From: Phoronis australis | Lineage: Eukaryota > Animalia > Phoronida | Reading direction: 5' to 3' | NCBI GenBank assembly: GCA_002633005.1 | Contig: NMRA01001140.1 | Span: 1-46,196, forward strand | DNA: 46,196 nucleotides | In this document: one piece after another, positions 23,901 to 38,900 of the stretch | Layout: each line of letters begins with the position of its first letter | Position numbering within the stretch: the stretch's first letter is position 1 | Notes under the pieces: generated by a model | Database searches by the model: none | Seen by the model: the letters and a program-made list of their open reading frames with translations, nothing else | Told to the model about the DNA's origin: nothing | Made by a program: the position numbers and the translations under genes

Positions 23901-26900
23901 AGTGGACCAGCAGATTTTTTTTTACAAATATAACTTCCTGCTTGCGAGCAGTAAAGGTTTAAGAAAAGCCACGACTGATCGAAAAAATCGTTCATGGGGT
24001 AAACAGCTGACAATCTGTCACTCGCAACAGATTCAGAAATGAGGCAAATGGCATTCATAGAATTTAAAAGGAAGAAGAAAGCTTAAAATGCCCAGCCAAC
24101 CAAGCAGGCACCAACTTTTAACTGGATCTAAATTCACCAGTGGCTTAAAAATCTTTTGTGTGCCCCAAACTGTGCTCAAAATTGAGCTTTACTGCGCATG
24201 TGCATATTGCAGTGTTATGGCCAATCCTCCAATTTGAAGATCACATTACTTGCAATATGACTGAAGTGCGACGTGCACTGTTCGAGCTTATACGAGGTAT
24301 TCTGAATTGTTATTGGGGTATGGGGCGGGCGGATATGAGACATCGGCTCTTCTTTTCAGCGGCCCTACTGTGATGCAATCGAGCTAACATACATGTACAA
24401 GCTCTAACAGTTTGAAACAAAATTAAGGAGCTTCTAAAATCTGCTGTTTGAATTATTTTAGTACAAAGACCAAGGTGCAATGTGCAGACCCGCTACAGGT
24501 GTATGCGACCTAGCGGAATATTGTAGCGGACGATCTAGTGCCTGTCCCGAGGATCGTTACAAAATGAATGGTATTGTCTGTGTTGAGAACGTGGTATGTG
24601 AATCTTTAACGTAATGAAGAAAATGTCTTCTCTTTACCGTATGGAATTGTTTTTTGATGGATAAGAAATTCTTGTAACAATAATCCATTTAAACAGGGCC
24701 GTTTGCACAATCGCGTGATTGATCGAGCAAATTTGGAATTATGCATATGATTTTATATTCCAACTTCAGATAAAATATCTCAACCAGGAATAGCCAATTT
24801 CATAAAATATGTCAATTCAAGAACGATATCTACTTACCTAAGATGGGTGCAGCTAATACATACCACGAAATTTCCGTTCTAGCGTGTGCGTTTGATATTG
24901 ACGTGCAGCCACGATAGCCTGCTTGAAACTTTCTGCTTTTTGTTTAAATTATAAGAATCCACTGATCTATGCTCAGGAATACCTACGCTTCGGTTTACGT
25001 AATGTTTACTAAACGGCTGGTGACGGTGGGCGCACTTTGATATCTAATCGTTATTCTGTCCAGGCTTTTTGCTTCAACGGCGAATGCAACACAAATGTGG
25101 AACGTTGTCAGTTTCTCTGGGGGTCGTCGGCGTCGGTTGCAAATAGGTGCTTCGTTAGAAACAGGAATGGCGACGCCACGGGCGACTGTGGGCATGACTC
25201 AAGGAGAAACTCTTTTATCCCATGTTCTTCTCAGTATGTAACGGTTGCATTGTGGATGTTTTGCTTTGTTATATGTCTTGAATAGACTATGAAGTTTAAA
25301 AGGTATTTTGTACCTTTCGTCAAAAATAAGTTGATCAGCATCACCATGTTTTCACTGATGCATTTTTGTGGACCAACTGATTTCCAGCAAGGATAATGCT
25401 TTTGGTTTTACATGTGTGTTTATACCTAGCCGTCTTCATATTAACCAGTGAGACTTGGATATTTGTTCCAAAGTTACATTTAAAGCAATTTTTCCCAGAT
25501 GCCACACTTTCACAAAGGAATTGTGTCGTCTGCTTATCATGCGTTGATTTCGTGCTTGGATCCTCTAAAGCCTCTGATTGGTTCATAGTTCCTAATAAGA
25601 TTCAGAGAACTGTGTGCAGACATCATAGTGGATCTCATCTAATTTGAAAATGAACTTTCTTCAAGTCGAGAAATACAACATGGCTGATGGCATTCTCATA
25701 ACATTGGTTTCGGCAAAGTCGTTTGGCCCTATTAAATAAAGGTGTTACTATTTTGACATATTCTGTTTTAGGTATTAATTGATAGTCAGAACAGAACCGA
25801 AAACTAATACAGCAATAACAATATTTCATTTTTATAATGTTTGCCACGTGACCATTTCTAAATCTGTGTTTGTTTAATTATAATCCAAAAAGGTTCATAA
25901 AATACATAGCTTACATGTCGTCGTCGCAGGTGTCTTGTTGTTCACATTGCCTGTAAAAGATGGTCAAACAAACCCGTAGGAAGGAAAAACGTTATTGGGT
26001 GAAGCGCTTCGCCAAACTATCCCCCTCTTCTTATAGCCACATCTTCTACCCCCTCCTCCCTCTTCCCCCAGGGCCAGCGCACTGACGGTAGTTGAGAGCT
26101 GCCTTAAGTAATGTAGCTGAGATCATAGCAGTGTGAAATTCAATAAACTAGGCTAGCTACTGGTCAGCTCAGCTATGATTCACGCGAGCGGGCAGCTTAT
26201 CTCGTATCTGACCGTCTGCTGTGGCTCCAAGGTCCGGATTTGTTATGATAAATTTTCGTGAAAAATTACTTTATTATGGTGATTCTTTGATGGAATTGTT
26301 TTTAAAAACGTGACGTCCCAAAGTTCCTGGTATAGTGCCTTTGAGGCTGTTTCAATACCCTTGTTGAAACACCGCCTTCCGTCATTGTAATAAGCACATG
26401 AATGGCAAGTAAACGATTCAGTTTTGGAGAACAAAAATTCATTGCGCAGTACCACTGAAAACTAAAACATCAAGGAAGTGCAAAGACAACTTTTCCAAGT
26501 TAATAAGCAATGAATTTAATTTGGTTCATAAAAGGACTTCTTTTTCGATAAACGTTTAATGAATTTATACCACTAATCTAGTTCCAATGTCAATAAACAA
26601 GATATTGTCATTTGCATTGTGAGGACATTTTTTGGGACACTTTGTAGAGCTGTGTGACATTCATCAATATTCTTGAGACTTATTTCAGACAGACAAAAAT
26701 CGTTTAGTTTACTTTGCTTTTTGGTGACCTGATGATAGATGGACTTTTCCCAATGTCAGCCTGAAACTAAGTTCAGTGAGGTATCGTCATTTCTTACAAG
26801 ATTAGCTTTTAATTGACAAAACATTATCAACCAATCAGTCGATTTTCGTAGATACATAACATCTAAATCAGAAATCAACAATCGATTCCATGAGCAATAC

Positions 26901-29900
26901 GTTTTCCTTGATTTAATGACTTATTTCCTTTTTGATCTCCTGTTTGTGAGTTCAAACGACCGATCTTGTACCTTAGTCAAAAATCAATGCATTTTTTGTC
27001 ATTTATTTGCATTGTGAGTATATTTTTGAAAACTGACCCAATTTCATCAGATGACTTTCAAAGTTATTTTAGATAGGCAAAAATCGTCTAAGTGTATTGT
27101 ACTATTTGGGGATCGGATTATAGAGTTTTTACACCTTCAGACTGCAATTAATATCACTAAGGCTTCATCAATTCCTACAAGACTACTGTCTAATTGTCAA
27201 AAATCGTTTATGAATCTGTCGATATTCGTAGTAAGAATACATAAATATCTAAATCAGAAACCAACGAATTTGTTTATCAAAACGGAATATTGTAAGTAGT
27301 GTCCACAGGCATGCTCGCAGATTTTTGAAGGGTGGCCCTGGGTACATGGGAGATGGGGCATTCGTGTGGAGGTGAATTTTTTCAGAGGTACCTTAACGGT
27401 TCAAGACTTAAACTTGAGCTCCAAAATGCTGTAATCTTTTTATGGTTTTGAGTACTTTGAGTACCTCTTTCAATCCCAAACCGTAGCCTCGACAGTATTT
27501 TCGACATATGCAAATTCCTTATAAACAACTCCTAGTAGCGATCTACAAAAGAAATACTATTCTTGTGATACTAAGGGAAAATGTAACACTATTTATAACT
27601 AACCATCGGGAATAGTCATTTTGTGTAATTCATAACAGGTGGTCTTCACGTTCTTCAAAATTCCACCCTTTCGATGCCGTCACTAGTGTTGCATTTTCCC
27701 ATATTTTGGTTGTTTGATCCAACATTGAGCCCTCTCTCCGTGAGCAACCCCTTAAGAATTTTTCAATAAAAACACGAAAAGGGTGGCAACTTGAATGTCA
27801 TCAATGGCTCTCTTAAAGGACTGGGCCCCTATATATGAAAAGATCTATATTACATTTCAAAAATCATTAATGCGCAGCAATTGGTGCTATTTGTCAGGAC
27901 ATCATTTTTTCTCAAGCTATATACAATTTCGAGAAAAAAGCGAAAAATAGAACGATGATGGACCCGTTATCCCTTGCTTCTGGAAAAATGTAGTTCGCAG
28001 CAAAATTGTGTTTGAGTTTAAAACCCAGTGAATAAGTAAATTCCTCAAAAACTGTGCTTCATGAATTTTCTCGATTTTTCGAAATACATGTATGAACGAT
28101 TAAGAGCACGTTTTCAAATGCGTTTAGACGACCTATGTTGTAAAAACCGGAACGTGCATTTGTAACAACAGTATAGTGGCCAGGGCCCTCATAGGGTAAA
28201 CCATGCACCGATACGGTGTTTTCAAATGTTCTCTTGAATTTTCTATCATCTCCGTATTTCGCAGTCTTTTTTTTTCTCGACTCTCCCCGGCCCCACGCTT
28301 ACATTTATGTCGGCTGCCACACGGAGGCATGCAAATTTTTTTGGGGGGACACGTGCCTCTCCTGCCCCCCCCCCGCTTTCTACAGGCCTGTCGAGACAAG
28401 TTGTTCTTTAGCCATATCTTTTCTAGCGTCAAATTCGTCTATTTGTTTAGCTGTCAATTTTGTATAATGGCGTCCATAACAAAACGCACGTATTTTTGTT
28501 ACAAACGGTGTCAAACTAAAGTTTATAATAACAAATTTACCAAGATACTGTTTTCTAAGCTATCTTAGCAGGAAGTGGACGAATCAAAGCTACAAATTTC
28601 GTGCACATACACGGCGCGTTTGTTTTAATTGTTCAGTTTCGGCGTTTCGCTTGAACAATAGTCCTGCCTTGTGGACTTCCAGGGTCACACATGTTCCGTG
28701 TTAGTCCAACTTGTAAATACATGCACGAACGAACGCACGCACCTAATGTCACCGTGACTCACGATTAGCAACACTTGCTGTACCAGAGTGCATGTCACGA
28801 GCACAGCCGCCTCGCTTTAAAACCATGGGCATCCTGCCCACGGTGTCCTCCGACGACAACGCACCTGGCAAAACCATGCCGTATTCAAGAATATTTTCAT
28901 AGCACTCAGTAATACTGATTAGTGAGGCTACTTCCCCAGCAGCTGGTGCTATGCTACTTGACCGACTACAACTACCACTTAGTGCAATCATTTACTGCTT
29001 CAATCTGTAGTGATATATCTGGTATACATGCTTTTGTTTCATCTAATTAAACATCAATAATGGTGATCTAATTTACTCCCATAGAGACGTGAAATGTGGA
29101 CGCTTGCACTGTGCAGGCACCTCAGAATCGCTAGCTGTTTCCGGTGCACCATATTCCGTCAGCCGCGTGACCAAATCCGCCGGATGTTCTAGGGTGGTAC
29201 TTGTAACTAAAGAAAATTCGGTTGATTTGGGCTTAGTACCAAATGGAACACAGTGCGGAAACAATAAGGTTAAGTATAACTTAAAGCATCCCGTGTAAAG
29301 TGTAATTCTTATTTACCAAACACTTGGTATATTGTGGTGGTTTACAACACACATTTAATGAAATTGAGCCTATGCATCACTCAGCAATGCGACGGCATTT
29401 GCGTAATATTCGAAAGTGGTGCCCCTACGAACCATGAAAATTTCAAACCAAGTACCAGTTAGTTCTTATAAGCCGACTTTTTAGCGGACGTAGTTCTTTA
29501 TCAAGTACCAGACTAAAGAGGCTTGCGTAAGAAACGAAAACATAAGACCGCGCGTGACGTGAAGGGACAGTAAACCGCCAGCGCACCTGCATTGGCCAAT
29601 TTTGCCCTTCATTTCGGCTTGTGCACGAGCGTCTTGGTAATACACAAAGTTCAGAATGTTTTACATTGTTGCTTTGCACGGTGTTTTTTACATGTAGTAT
29701 TTGACACCATCATAGAGTTAGACGTGATAATTTCAATTCAATAATATGCCAACACAAGGCATAGGCACTGATAAAAACCTCTATTGGTTTACGGTGTTTT
29801 TGACATAAGTAGGTCTACGTAATTGGAATAATAGCACATGTGTTGTAAAGCTGCTTTCTTTCAAAACCTGTCGTTAATTTTCACTGTTCAGCTGGCAAAA

Positions 29901-32900
29901 TAATTTGGCTTGTGTTGTAAAACTGAATTCCAAGTACGAAAGGCGACAAGTGCCTATTATCCTCGTAAACTTGTGCTTATAACATTGCTCATTGTGACAG
30001 GATTGAATTTCCGTTAAGAATTACCAACAACAACATCTAAGCCCCCATAGTGACTCAGGAGAGTTTGTCTTGGGGTGTACTGACAGTGGCGGATCTAGGA
30101 TATCACAAGGGGGGGCCCAACATTTTGTCCGGCTATAAGCATTTGCGCAAACCACTATTGTAGATGCGTATAGCACCGAATGGGGGCTCCGCTCCCGCCC
30201 AGGAAATTTTTTTGTTTTTTCCTCTAAAAATCAAGCATTTTCCTTCGTTCCTGAAGTACTATCCAAGAAAAACAGGCAAAAAAAAAAAACACGGAGAACG
30301 TGTCATACCGAAAAACCTACAAGTACCAGAGACTCAAACAAACGACCTGACGGATAGACCGAGCGTGCTTTACCACTACACCACCACGACTCAGGTACTA
30401 ACCTTATAACAAGAGACCTACTTGTTTATGGTCCACAGCGTTTGCGCGCGAAACCTACTTCTTTTTGTAATGCTTATTACACGTTTTATATTTTGTGCAA
30501 TCGGTTCTTAACAAATTTGTTGTATTTAAAATAGTCTTCAAATGCCCAAAAGACCAAATCCGTTTTTCGTGTTGGCAATAATGACGGGATTGCTTTGGAA
30601 ATCGTCTTAAGTTAAGGTTTGAGAAAGAGAGAATTATGAGTTTCTGAGTGATTCACTAAGGCTTCGATTAAAATTCACATCTTACCAGCAGCTTCTTTTT
30701 TTTCATCGTCACTCAGGTTCCATTTTCTTTAAAAAATGAAGTAAAATTTCTTCATTGCACAGTGGAGCAGACGACGGAAACGGAGTCNNNNNNNNNNNNN
30801 NNNNNNNNNNNNNNNNNNNNNNNNNNNNNNNNNNNNNNNNNNNNNNNNNNNNNNNNNNNNNNNNNNNNNNNNNNNNNNNNNNNNNNNNNNNNNNNNNNNN
30901 NNNNNNNNNNNNNNNNNNNNNNNNNNNNNNNNNNNNNNNNNNNNNNNNNNNNNNNNNNNNNNNNNNNNNNNNNNNNNNNNNNNNNNNNNNNNNNNNNNNN
31001 NNNNNNNNNNNNNNNNNNNNNNNNNNNNNNNNNNNNNNNNNNNNNNNNNNNNNNNNNNNNNNNNNNNNNNNNNNNNNNNNNNNNNNNNNNNNNNNNNNNN
31101 NNNNNNNNNNNNNNNNNNNNNNNNNNNNNNNNNAGAGGCCCCAGCCCCCCCCCTGGCTACCGCAAGCAAAATGAAACAGCAACAGCGTGAGGAAATATTG
31201 AGTTCAATAGCGGAAGAGGGGGGGGGCTCAGACCCCAGATTGCGGCGCAATCGTGATCCTGTTTTTTTTAGTCCACCGATAGATTTTCTGAACAGAAGGT
31301 CCAACGGTCTACATCCCTGGCCCAATGCATGCAACTTTCGGGCCGCCTCTGCACATATAATCGCACTTTGCCCAATTCCACGAGGCAACATATGTTGGGT
31401 CCCCCTGTGGTATCCTAGATCCGCCACTGAATTCCAGACATTAATTTTACTTAGACACAGCCCTAGACCTAGGTTACCGGAGGTAACTGTTTGCCCAGGA
31501 CGAGATGAGTGTGTACCTGAGCTATGAACCTGAATTTTTTTATCAAAATATTTGGCTATATCGAGTCGATCTAGTCAGAGACTATAGTGCATGTGTTGCC
31601 TGTAATCTATGACCTACTTTACTCCAGGAGTCCCACCAGTTGTGACCTACTTTTCATTTGGCGAAATTTAGCAGACGACAGAATAAAAATATCGGTGAAA
31701 CTTCACTGATTTTATTCGAAAAATCATGAAATCTATGGAATCGTACAGATAATTGGACTTTAAGGTACATACCCAGCTTTACATGAACATATCGTATCAG
31801 TGGCCTTGTCATTTGTCAGGTGAAGGTAGCTCCGAGGCCGAGGGGTTCTTCGGATTTTCTCTGGCTCCTCGAGCACTTATTTTTCATCGTCACCTTTACA
31901 AATTCCCATATCATGAACGTGCGATTCATTGTTGAAAGGCATCGCCTCTTGTCTCTGTCGACGCGTTTTCAAATAGTGCAAAAACACTCATCGATTCCAC
32001 CAGGAACTTCGTTTAGCGACAGTGTATTTGCCTCTGACATCTCGTTCGAATGTCGGGTAGGCGTGACTTTTAGCATAGGGGCGGAGCTTGCGATAGGTCA
32101 AGTGTTTACTGCGAGCGACCCAAATAAGTTGTCATCGTTTCTGGCAAGAGGTATATGTTTGTTTACAACAAATAAGGGTCTGACTGATAATTCGCTGTGA
32201 AGTATTGTTGAGACGCTCTTTTGATACGTTGTAATGACATTTGTTCCGCAGATGTGTGTCCATCAGAGATGCCGGGACATTTCCAGACCAGACACCTGCG
32301 TTTGCTCTTCCCGAGGTGTAAGTGCGTCTATTTGATCGGGTCGTAAAATCCTAACTTTGACCTCGTTTCAACTTTTGCAACAAAACTGCGTTTTCGTTGA
32401 TCTTCTTCAGAGTTTAATATGATATTTTGTTTCGTTTGCCTCGAATTGAAAAGATTCTAAAACAGATTCTTGTCGAAAAGACGCGGATTTTAGTTGCACT
32501 CTTATGCACCAAACTTTATTGAATTTTGACGATGTCCAGTGGGATTTAAGTGTTACTTTATGTGTCATTGTCGACTGCAAAAATTGTTGCACCTGATGCA
32601 TGTTTTTGCCTTTGCGACAATAAATGCCTACTGCGACAGTATGTGTCGCGAGACAGGAGCTGCGAGGGTTATGAGTTCAGACAACATTTTTTATCACGGT
32701 TTATCCCACCGAGTAGCCGTCCAAGTGTTCTCGATGGCGGCAATTTTGTTTGAGTTGTATCTTCAGTTGTTTACTAAGCAATTGCTGACGTGATTTTTCG
32801 TTCCGACTGTTGTGTGATCTGGCAATAAACCGGCTTAATTGAAAGTGAAAAGCACTAATTCCACTGTCCAATTTATTTTCACGCGTGTACAATTGGTGAA

Positions 32901-35900
32901 GAAGCTCTCATGTCATTCGTCAACGATTGGTCAAACTACACATGATAAATTCAAATGCTTTTCTGTTCCACACGCATTTCTTACGGAACCATAAAAAGCG
33001 TTTTCTCTTCATACTTGCCTCACGCATTACAATATTTGTTCAAATTGTCTAATTCCCTCGGCCATGGTGACTTTATGCTAGTCTCCCATGAACAAGACGG
33101 TATCAGTGTTGGTACTGCTGTAGTTGCTGCTCTTTTTTATGCCATTCTCAGGTTTGTGATAACGTAGGAGACTGTTATTGTGACGCTGGTTACGCACCGC
33201 CGACATGTAGCTCGTCAGGAGCCGGTGGAAGCGTGCACAGCGGGGCACCGGCACCTTCCTCAAGTAAGTATCATTTTCACCTAAACAATTTCATCCGACT
33301 GGAGATTGATAACGCTGAGATGTTAGTTTACCGTCGGGTATTGTGGTATTTCTCAAACTGAGTGCTACAAGTATGTTACGTCACGAATGATGTCATGAGA
33401 ATGAAGTTGAGCCACCCCCGTGGTGTTCTTGATATAAACAGACTCTTTTATCCACCTGAAAAACTTGTTGCTTTCATGATCTACATGTAAAATGACTTCT
33501 CCCAGTCAATTATATGAGTGTTCTGAAGAACATGGTCTATGATAGCAGACATGTCAAAAACGGGAATCAGAATCTAATTCTACAAGTGTGATATCAGAAA
33601 CCATGATCTTCAGAATAATTGTCGCCGTCTCTGCCCAGCGTCAGACATTAGTGTGTGTCCGGCGTCCAACCAGGACCCAGTACTTCCAGCTCTACGAGGA
33701 AGTTCGAGGAATCTACTATGCTCCTGTTGAAGTGACGACATACCACGACTCTTCCAGACAAAGCTGACGTGTTAAGCGGAATGTTGTTTTATTTTGCTTC
33801 TGCCTCGTTCTTTATCAATCTCTTAGAATGATCACTAAGGAATCTAATGGATACGTTTCTTTTGCATGAGGAAGATGGTTGACACGTGAACATTATATAT
33901 AGTCCTGACTGAGTCGCCTTATGGCACTGTAATGAACAATTTTTGACGGCAGCATACCTGTCGAGGATTGTAAAACTTTTTCTTATTCTAAAGGAATGGT
34001 TTGGATGACCTTGATGTTCTGATGCTCACTCTGCCTGTATTAACCAGGAAATCATATGAAGTCGTGTACTGTTTTAGTCTCTCGTTGCATCTATTGTTTT
34101 CTGAATTACAACCAAAATAATTTATCTAAGTAAATTACAGTTCATCGAACCTCTTGTGTTGTGTGATTAAGTACTGGACCTATACTTACAAGTACATTTA
34201 ACATTCATAGTGTTAATGAGACACAAACACGTCGACATTGCTGTCAGAAGAAAATATGTCACCACGCCAATTCGCAAACGCAAACTAATCTGAAGTTGCA
34301 ATCACCGTAATTTGGTGACATCTGGGAGTCGCAATCAAACGAGATCGAACACAATATACAATGCCATTGTGTTTGGCGCCATCTCTCTGAAACCACACGA
34401 TAAATCTATAAAGAACTTAAGGCTGTGTTTTAGCAACTCTCTTTAATGTTCAGTGAAATCTGAAGAGACAATTTCTGTTGTTTTGGTGTACACGTCTTCC
34501 TTGAGTTATCTTTACAACTTTCATCAGATATAGACAAGACGTCACCTTCGTTCGGCTGGCTAAGCTTAACGATATTTGAAAGTCCACTTTGTCACCTGCC
34601 AAACTTGATCGGTTGATTTGGGAAAAACTCAACAGCTTAACTATTATTGGACAGGACACATCACGTGCTTAGTGTTGGCGAATCGGGATGGGTTTTGGGA
34701 AGGATTGTACCCAGTTCTGTAGCGAGCACCCTTTTTAACCATTGCTATTTGTTATTACTCTGCGTTACATACACCCTGTACATGTACCGTTGGCCATATC
34801 AACCCTTTGCATTGCTCCCGTCTAGACTGTGGAAACGGCCGCGTTGACCGTGGGGAAGAATGCGATTGTGGTATCCCTTGCCTCTACACCAGTCGTTGCT
34901 GTACCATGACATGTCGACTAAAGACTGGCTCGCAATGCGTCGCGGGAGGCTGTTGTAATACCGAGACGTGTCAGGTATTTTTGGTGTTTTTTGAAGTTGT
35001 CTAATCAAATAAGATAACTGTGACGCAATTTCTGTCCATATGATTGTCAATCTCTGAAGATTGGGAACTTTAACCATTCCTCAAGCTTTTCATTTCCGTC
35101 CAGCTTCAATGGGTTAAGTGGTGCCTCATTCCATTGTATTCCATAAAGAACTGTTACAATACATGTATAGATCGGGTGATTAATTAAACAAAGATGGAAA
35201 TGCCGACTTAGCTAACCTGGCCCTTTGCATGTTTCTAGGTCCTCCCTGCTCAGACCGTCTGCAGGGAATCACGCGGCACCTGTGACGTAGAAGAAAAGTG
35301 TGACGGCGTATCGAGCCAGTGTCCTGCCGACCACTTTACGTATGGAGACTCGTGCACAATAGACGGAGAAAGGGTATGTACAGCTCTTTATGGAAATGCG
35401 TCTTTGAATTCTGATTTAAGGACTGGCGTGGTAGACAGTGTCCGTTCTGTACGCCTGCCCAAAACATCTAGGATTCAGCGCATTTGAATCTTTTTCGTCT
35501 CGTAATCCCTAGTTCTTTTGTAAAACCAGTGGACTTCAATTGTTTTGTAAAAGGTTTTGACAATGTGTGACATTCAAGTTGTCGAGATGCAACATCTTAT
35601 TTCCCAAATCGAACTCTATTTTTGTTCTAGTGCCTTCTGCTACAGGGTGACATGATTCCACACAAAAACCAACTGGTAGAGTTTATACCCAGTCTCAGAT
35701 TTTTGAGCCTTAGTTCATGAGTTTGGTTTAGTGAGATGTAGGAAAAATTTCGCTTTGAAAGAATTTTCATCCATTATTTCTCTTTTTATGGCATGCACTT
35801 CTATTTTGCGACAAAATTGGGCGCCGAAGGAAACATATTTGAATGCATTCTACTAGCATGTATGTATAGCCAGCTGAAATTAGTGATACGGTTTTAAAGA

Positions 35901-38900
35901 ATTATGATTGAATAATTTAATGGAACAAAATACATTTTCAAATTTGTATGCTTTGATTTTGTGTGGCAAAAACAGGCATTTTGCAGGTTTTCACTGAAGC
36001 TATTTTCGTCCAACTTTGGCACTCTGTAGCAGCCATATTGCACCTTTTCAAAAACTGAACTCATTGTAATTTGCATTCGTATTCTAATGTCCCGGCAGGT
36101 TGCTACAAATTTTAATCTCCACATCTGTCGCCGGCCACCCCAGCGTTAAATATTTCTGACCGTGCGATTATTAACTATGTGAAAAGGCATACATTCAAGG
36201 TCAAGAGAAAACAATTCACGCAAGAAAATTTTATTAATGACTCAATTAATGACTTTATTTCTGTTTTTGTTGATAAAGGAAGTTGTTACATCCGAAAATT
36301 TCAAATTTCAGTTGATCCATTCTTGTTGTTTTATTTACCGATTTATATTCTTCATTTCATGAAACAATAGTATCCTTGGGAGGATCTGGATCGCCTTATT
36401 TAGTTTCAGATATATTTTCTACGTTATTTATCAATTCATGACAAACATTAGGTAAAACTAGTTCAACTCAACGGTCTGGACTTCATAACAAACGTACGGG
36501 GTGACTGACTCTGTGCCGTAGCAAGGGTGGTCAGTTGCCGCTGGGCGCCTGCCGAAGGGAGAGGGGGGACTGGTAAACAAGTGTCGTCCAAGGGGGACAC
36601 CAGACATATGTTATCTGGGGTGTTACACAGCTACCAACCAGGACCGAATTCTCTTCGTCGAACATCGCACAGGAGATGACCCCGCGATAGATCCTGCTCA
36701 GTCACAATTTTACCTGTCGATGAAAACTCTTTTGACCACTACAAGTGGCATTCGTTCTTCATTTTGTCCTTAAGAACATAATAGCCTCAAAATCTGTTTT
36801 TTGGAAAAAGCAATTCTTACCAATTAAATCTTGAAAAGATTTATTTCCATTTAATGGACATGCAATTGTCAAATAAATGATAATGGAAGAAAACAAGGGG
36901 GTTGCATGTACAAGTTTTTTTATATATCATCAAACCTAGTGTCAACTGACTCACTGGACACAGATCACTGGGTTCAGTTTTGATACTGTTCGCGTAATAC
37001 ATCCAGAAAACAACTTGTTTTCATTTGAAATACCTTGGAGTTTACTTTTATAACAATTTGAAGCAGATTTCTTGTTCAAAACCTCGTTCAATTTCTCTGT
37101 AAACTACGGACATAAAAATATAAAGTTGAGGCAAGAATTTTTTTGTCACTCATCAATATTTATACTATAGCTGTAAGTTCAAAAAGTTAAATAAAGCTAC
37201 AAGGTGCAATATGGCAATAAGTGGGTTACAAAAACAGCCACTAAAATTAGCCAGGGAAAGTGGTCTGTGGATTATCTCCCCTGTTTAGCACAACGCCGTC
37301 AAATTTGGTTAAATGCCAAATAATTATTTGCACTATACATTGGTTATTCCAGCCACCAAAGTACAACTTTCAATCTATTTTGTAAATAACTTTTTTGTGG
37401 CTGAAAACACAAGTTTGGAAGCGGCTAATATGACCAATTGCGGTCTAGTGCCCAAGCGGCGAAATAAGAGGTCATCTAGTGCACAAAATGTGACATTTAG
37501 ATTTTTGTTAGGATACCTATCCATGTAAATAAAATGGACTTGTTTTGAATTTTGACGTATAGACTGAAAATCTACAGTTTTTATATGGACTGCTTCTTAA
37601 ATTGATGTTTAAATTTAAGTGTAAAATCAATTGAATATATCGCAATGGTAAGAATTGGGCACTGTAGCTCGGTGTTTTGGCATCTGGGTCCCCATTTGAA
37701 AACCTGGATTCATATCCTGGTTATCCTAGTAGACAACAGAGCATTTTTCAAAAGGACCACATATTCCCGTGTGCTCGTTTTCCCATTGCTGCCGGTCAGT
37801 GGTGAAAGCATAACGCCCCGACTTCCATTCCGAAGGAGTAATCCCTTGAGGACGCGACATGCATATGAGCAAACGTGTTATTCTAACTGATCTGTAGTGG
37901 TGTGTTGGTATTTAAGGAACTAATGTCAAGAACGTTCCTTTATGCCTTGTAGTCGTACTGCTACGAAGGAGAATGCGTGAGTCGCAACGCCAAATGTAGA
38001 CTTCTCTGGGGATCATCAGCCCATGTAGCAAGTGTTGACTGCTACAAGAATAACTCTGTTGGCAACCAGGCCGGCCATTGTGGTTATGACAACAACAATG
38101 GAAATTTCCAGCAATGCTTGCAAAAGTATGTACCGTTCTCTTAATGTGACGCCAAGTTTTAATTTTTGTGTCTTAAATGCGAAGGCAACCTTTTTTCATG
38201 TCACTTTTAGCAAAAATAAGGTTCGTTGATTATCCCAGACACATTTTTCACGTAAATACAGCTTTTCGTAATTTCATGAATTTCTCGTCCTCTACTCCGG
38301 AAGTGGCGTTTTGGGAGGCAAGAGTTTCGCGCCAATTTCTTTTCATTATAGTCTGACTGTGAGAGCTTTCGAGTCAGTCATTGTTCTACCTCGTTTGTGA
38401 TAAGTTCGGTCGTCGTTTGCTTTTCTTTACAAGTCAGTCAACATGCCACGTTGTTGCTGCGTGCCGGGATGTACCCATTATCGTCTTATACGCGCTTTGG
38501 GTACCTTGCGTCGCTTTCCGAAGGATGACACACAAAGCAATGGAGGGTTACCGAGTGTGTGGCAAGCAATTTCTGCCGTCAGATTATGACAGATATGTAC
38601 GCTGAATTGATGAAAGTCCCTGCGAAACAACCCCTGAAAAAGGATATCATACCATCGCTGTTGATTCCCGGCAGTGCCCCGTCGCCAACCCCGAGAAGTG
38701 CGTTTTTGAAGCGACAAGCCTCGCGAGCTGTGGCCACTATATACAGTGACTGGAGGCACTTCATCTGCTGTCACCCATGCCTCCGAACGTACCCCATAGT
38801 GTGCAGTTCCAGGAACTATCAGTGATTCGCCCTATGCTGTTGTCTCTAGCCCAGAGCCTGTAAGCAGCCCTGCAGCGATGTTGAGTAGTGGGAGTGAATA

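Noticed and set aside
27306-28390. Possible further hAT-like element (caggc… start, …caggcctg end with G/C runs)
   Set aside because: The ends do not form a clear TIR pair and no TSD could be identified.
30709-31527. Long ORFs in the supplied track
   Set aside because: Artefacts of translating through the N gap and transposon ends.
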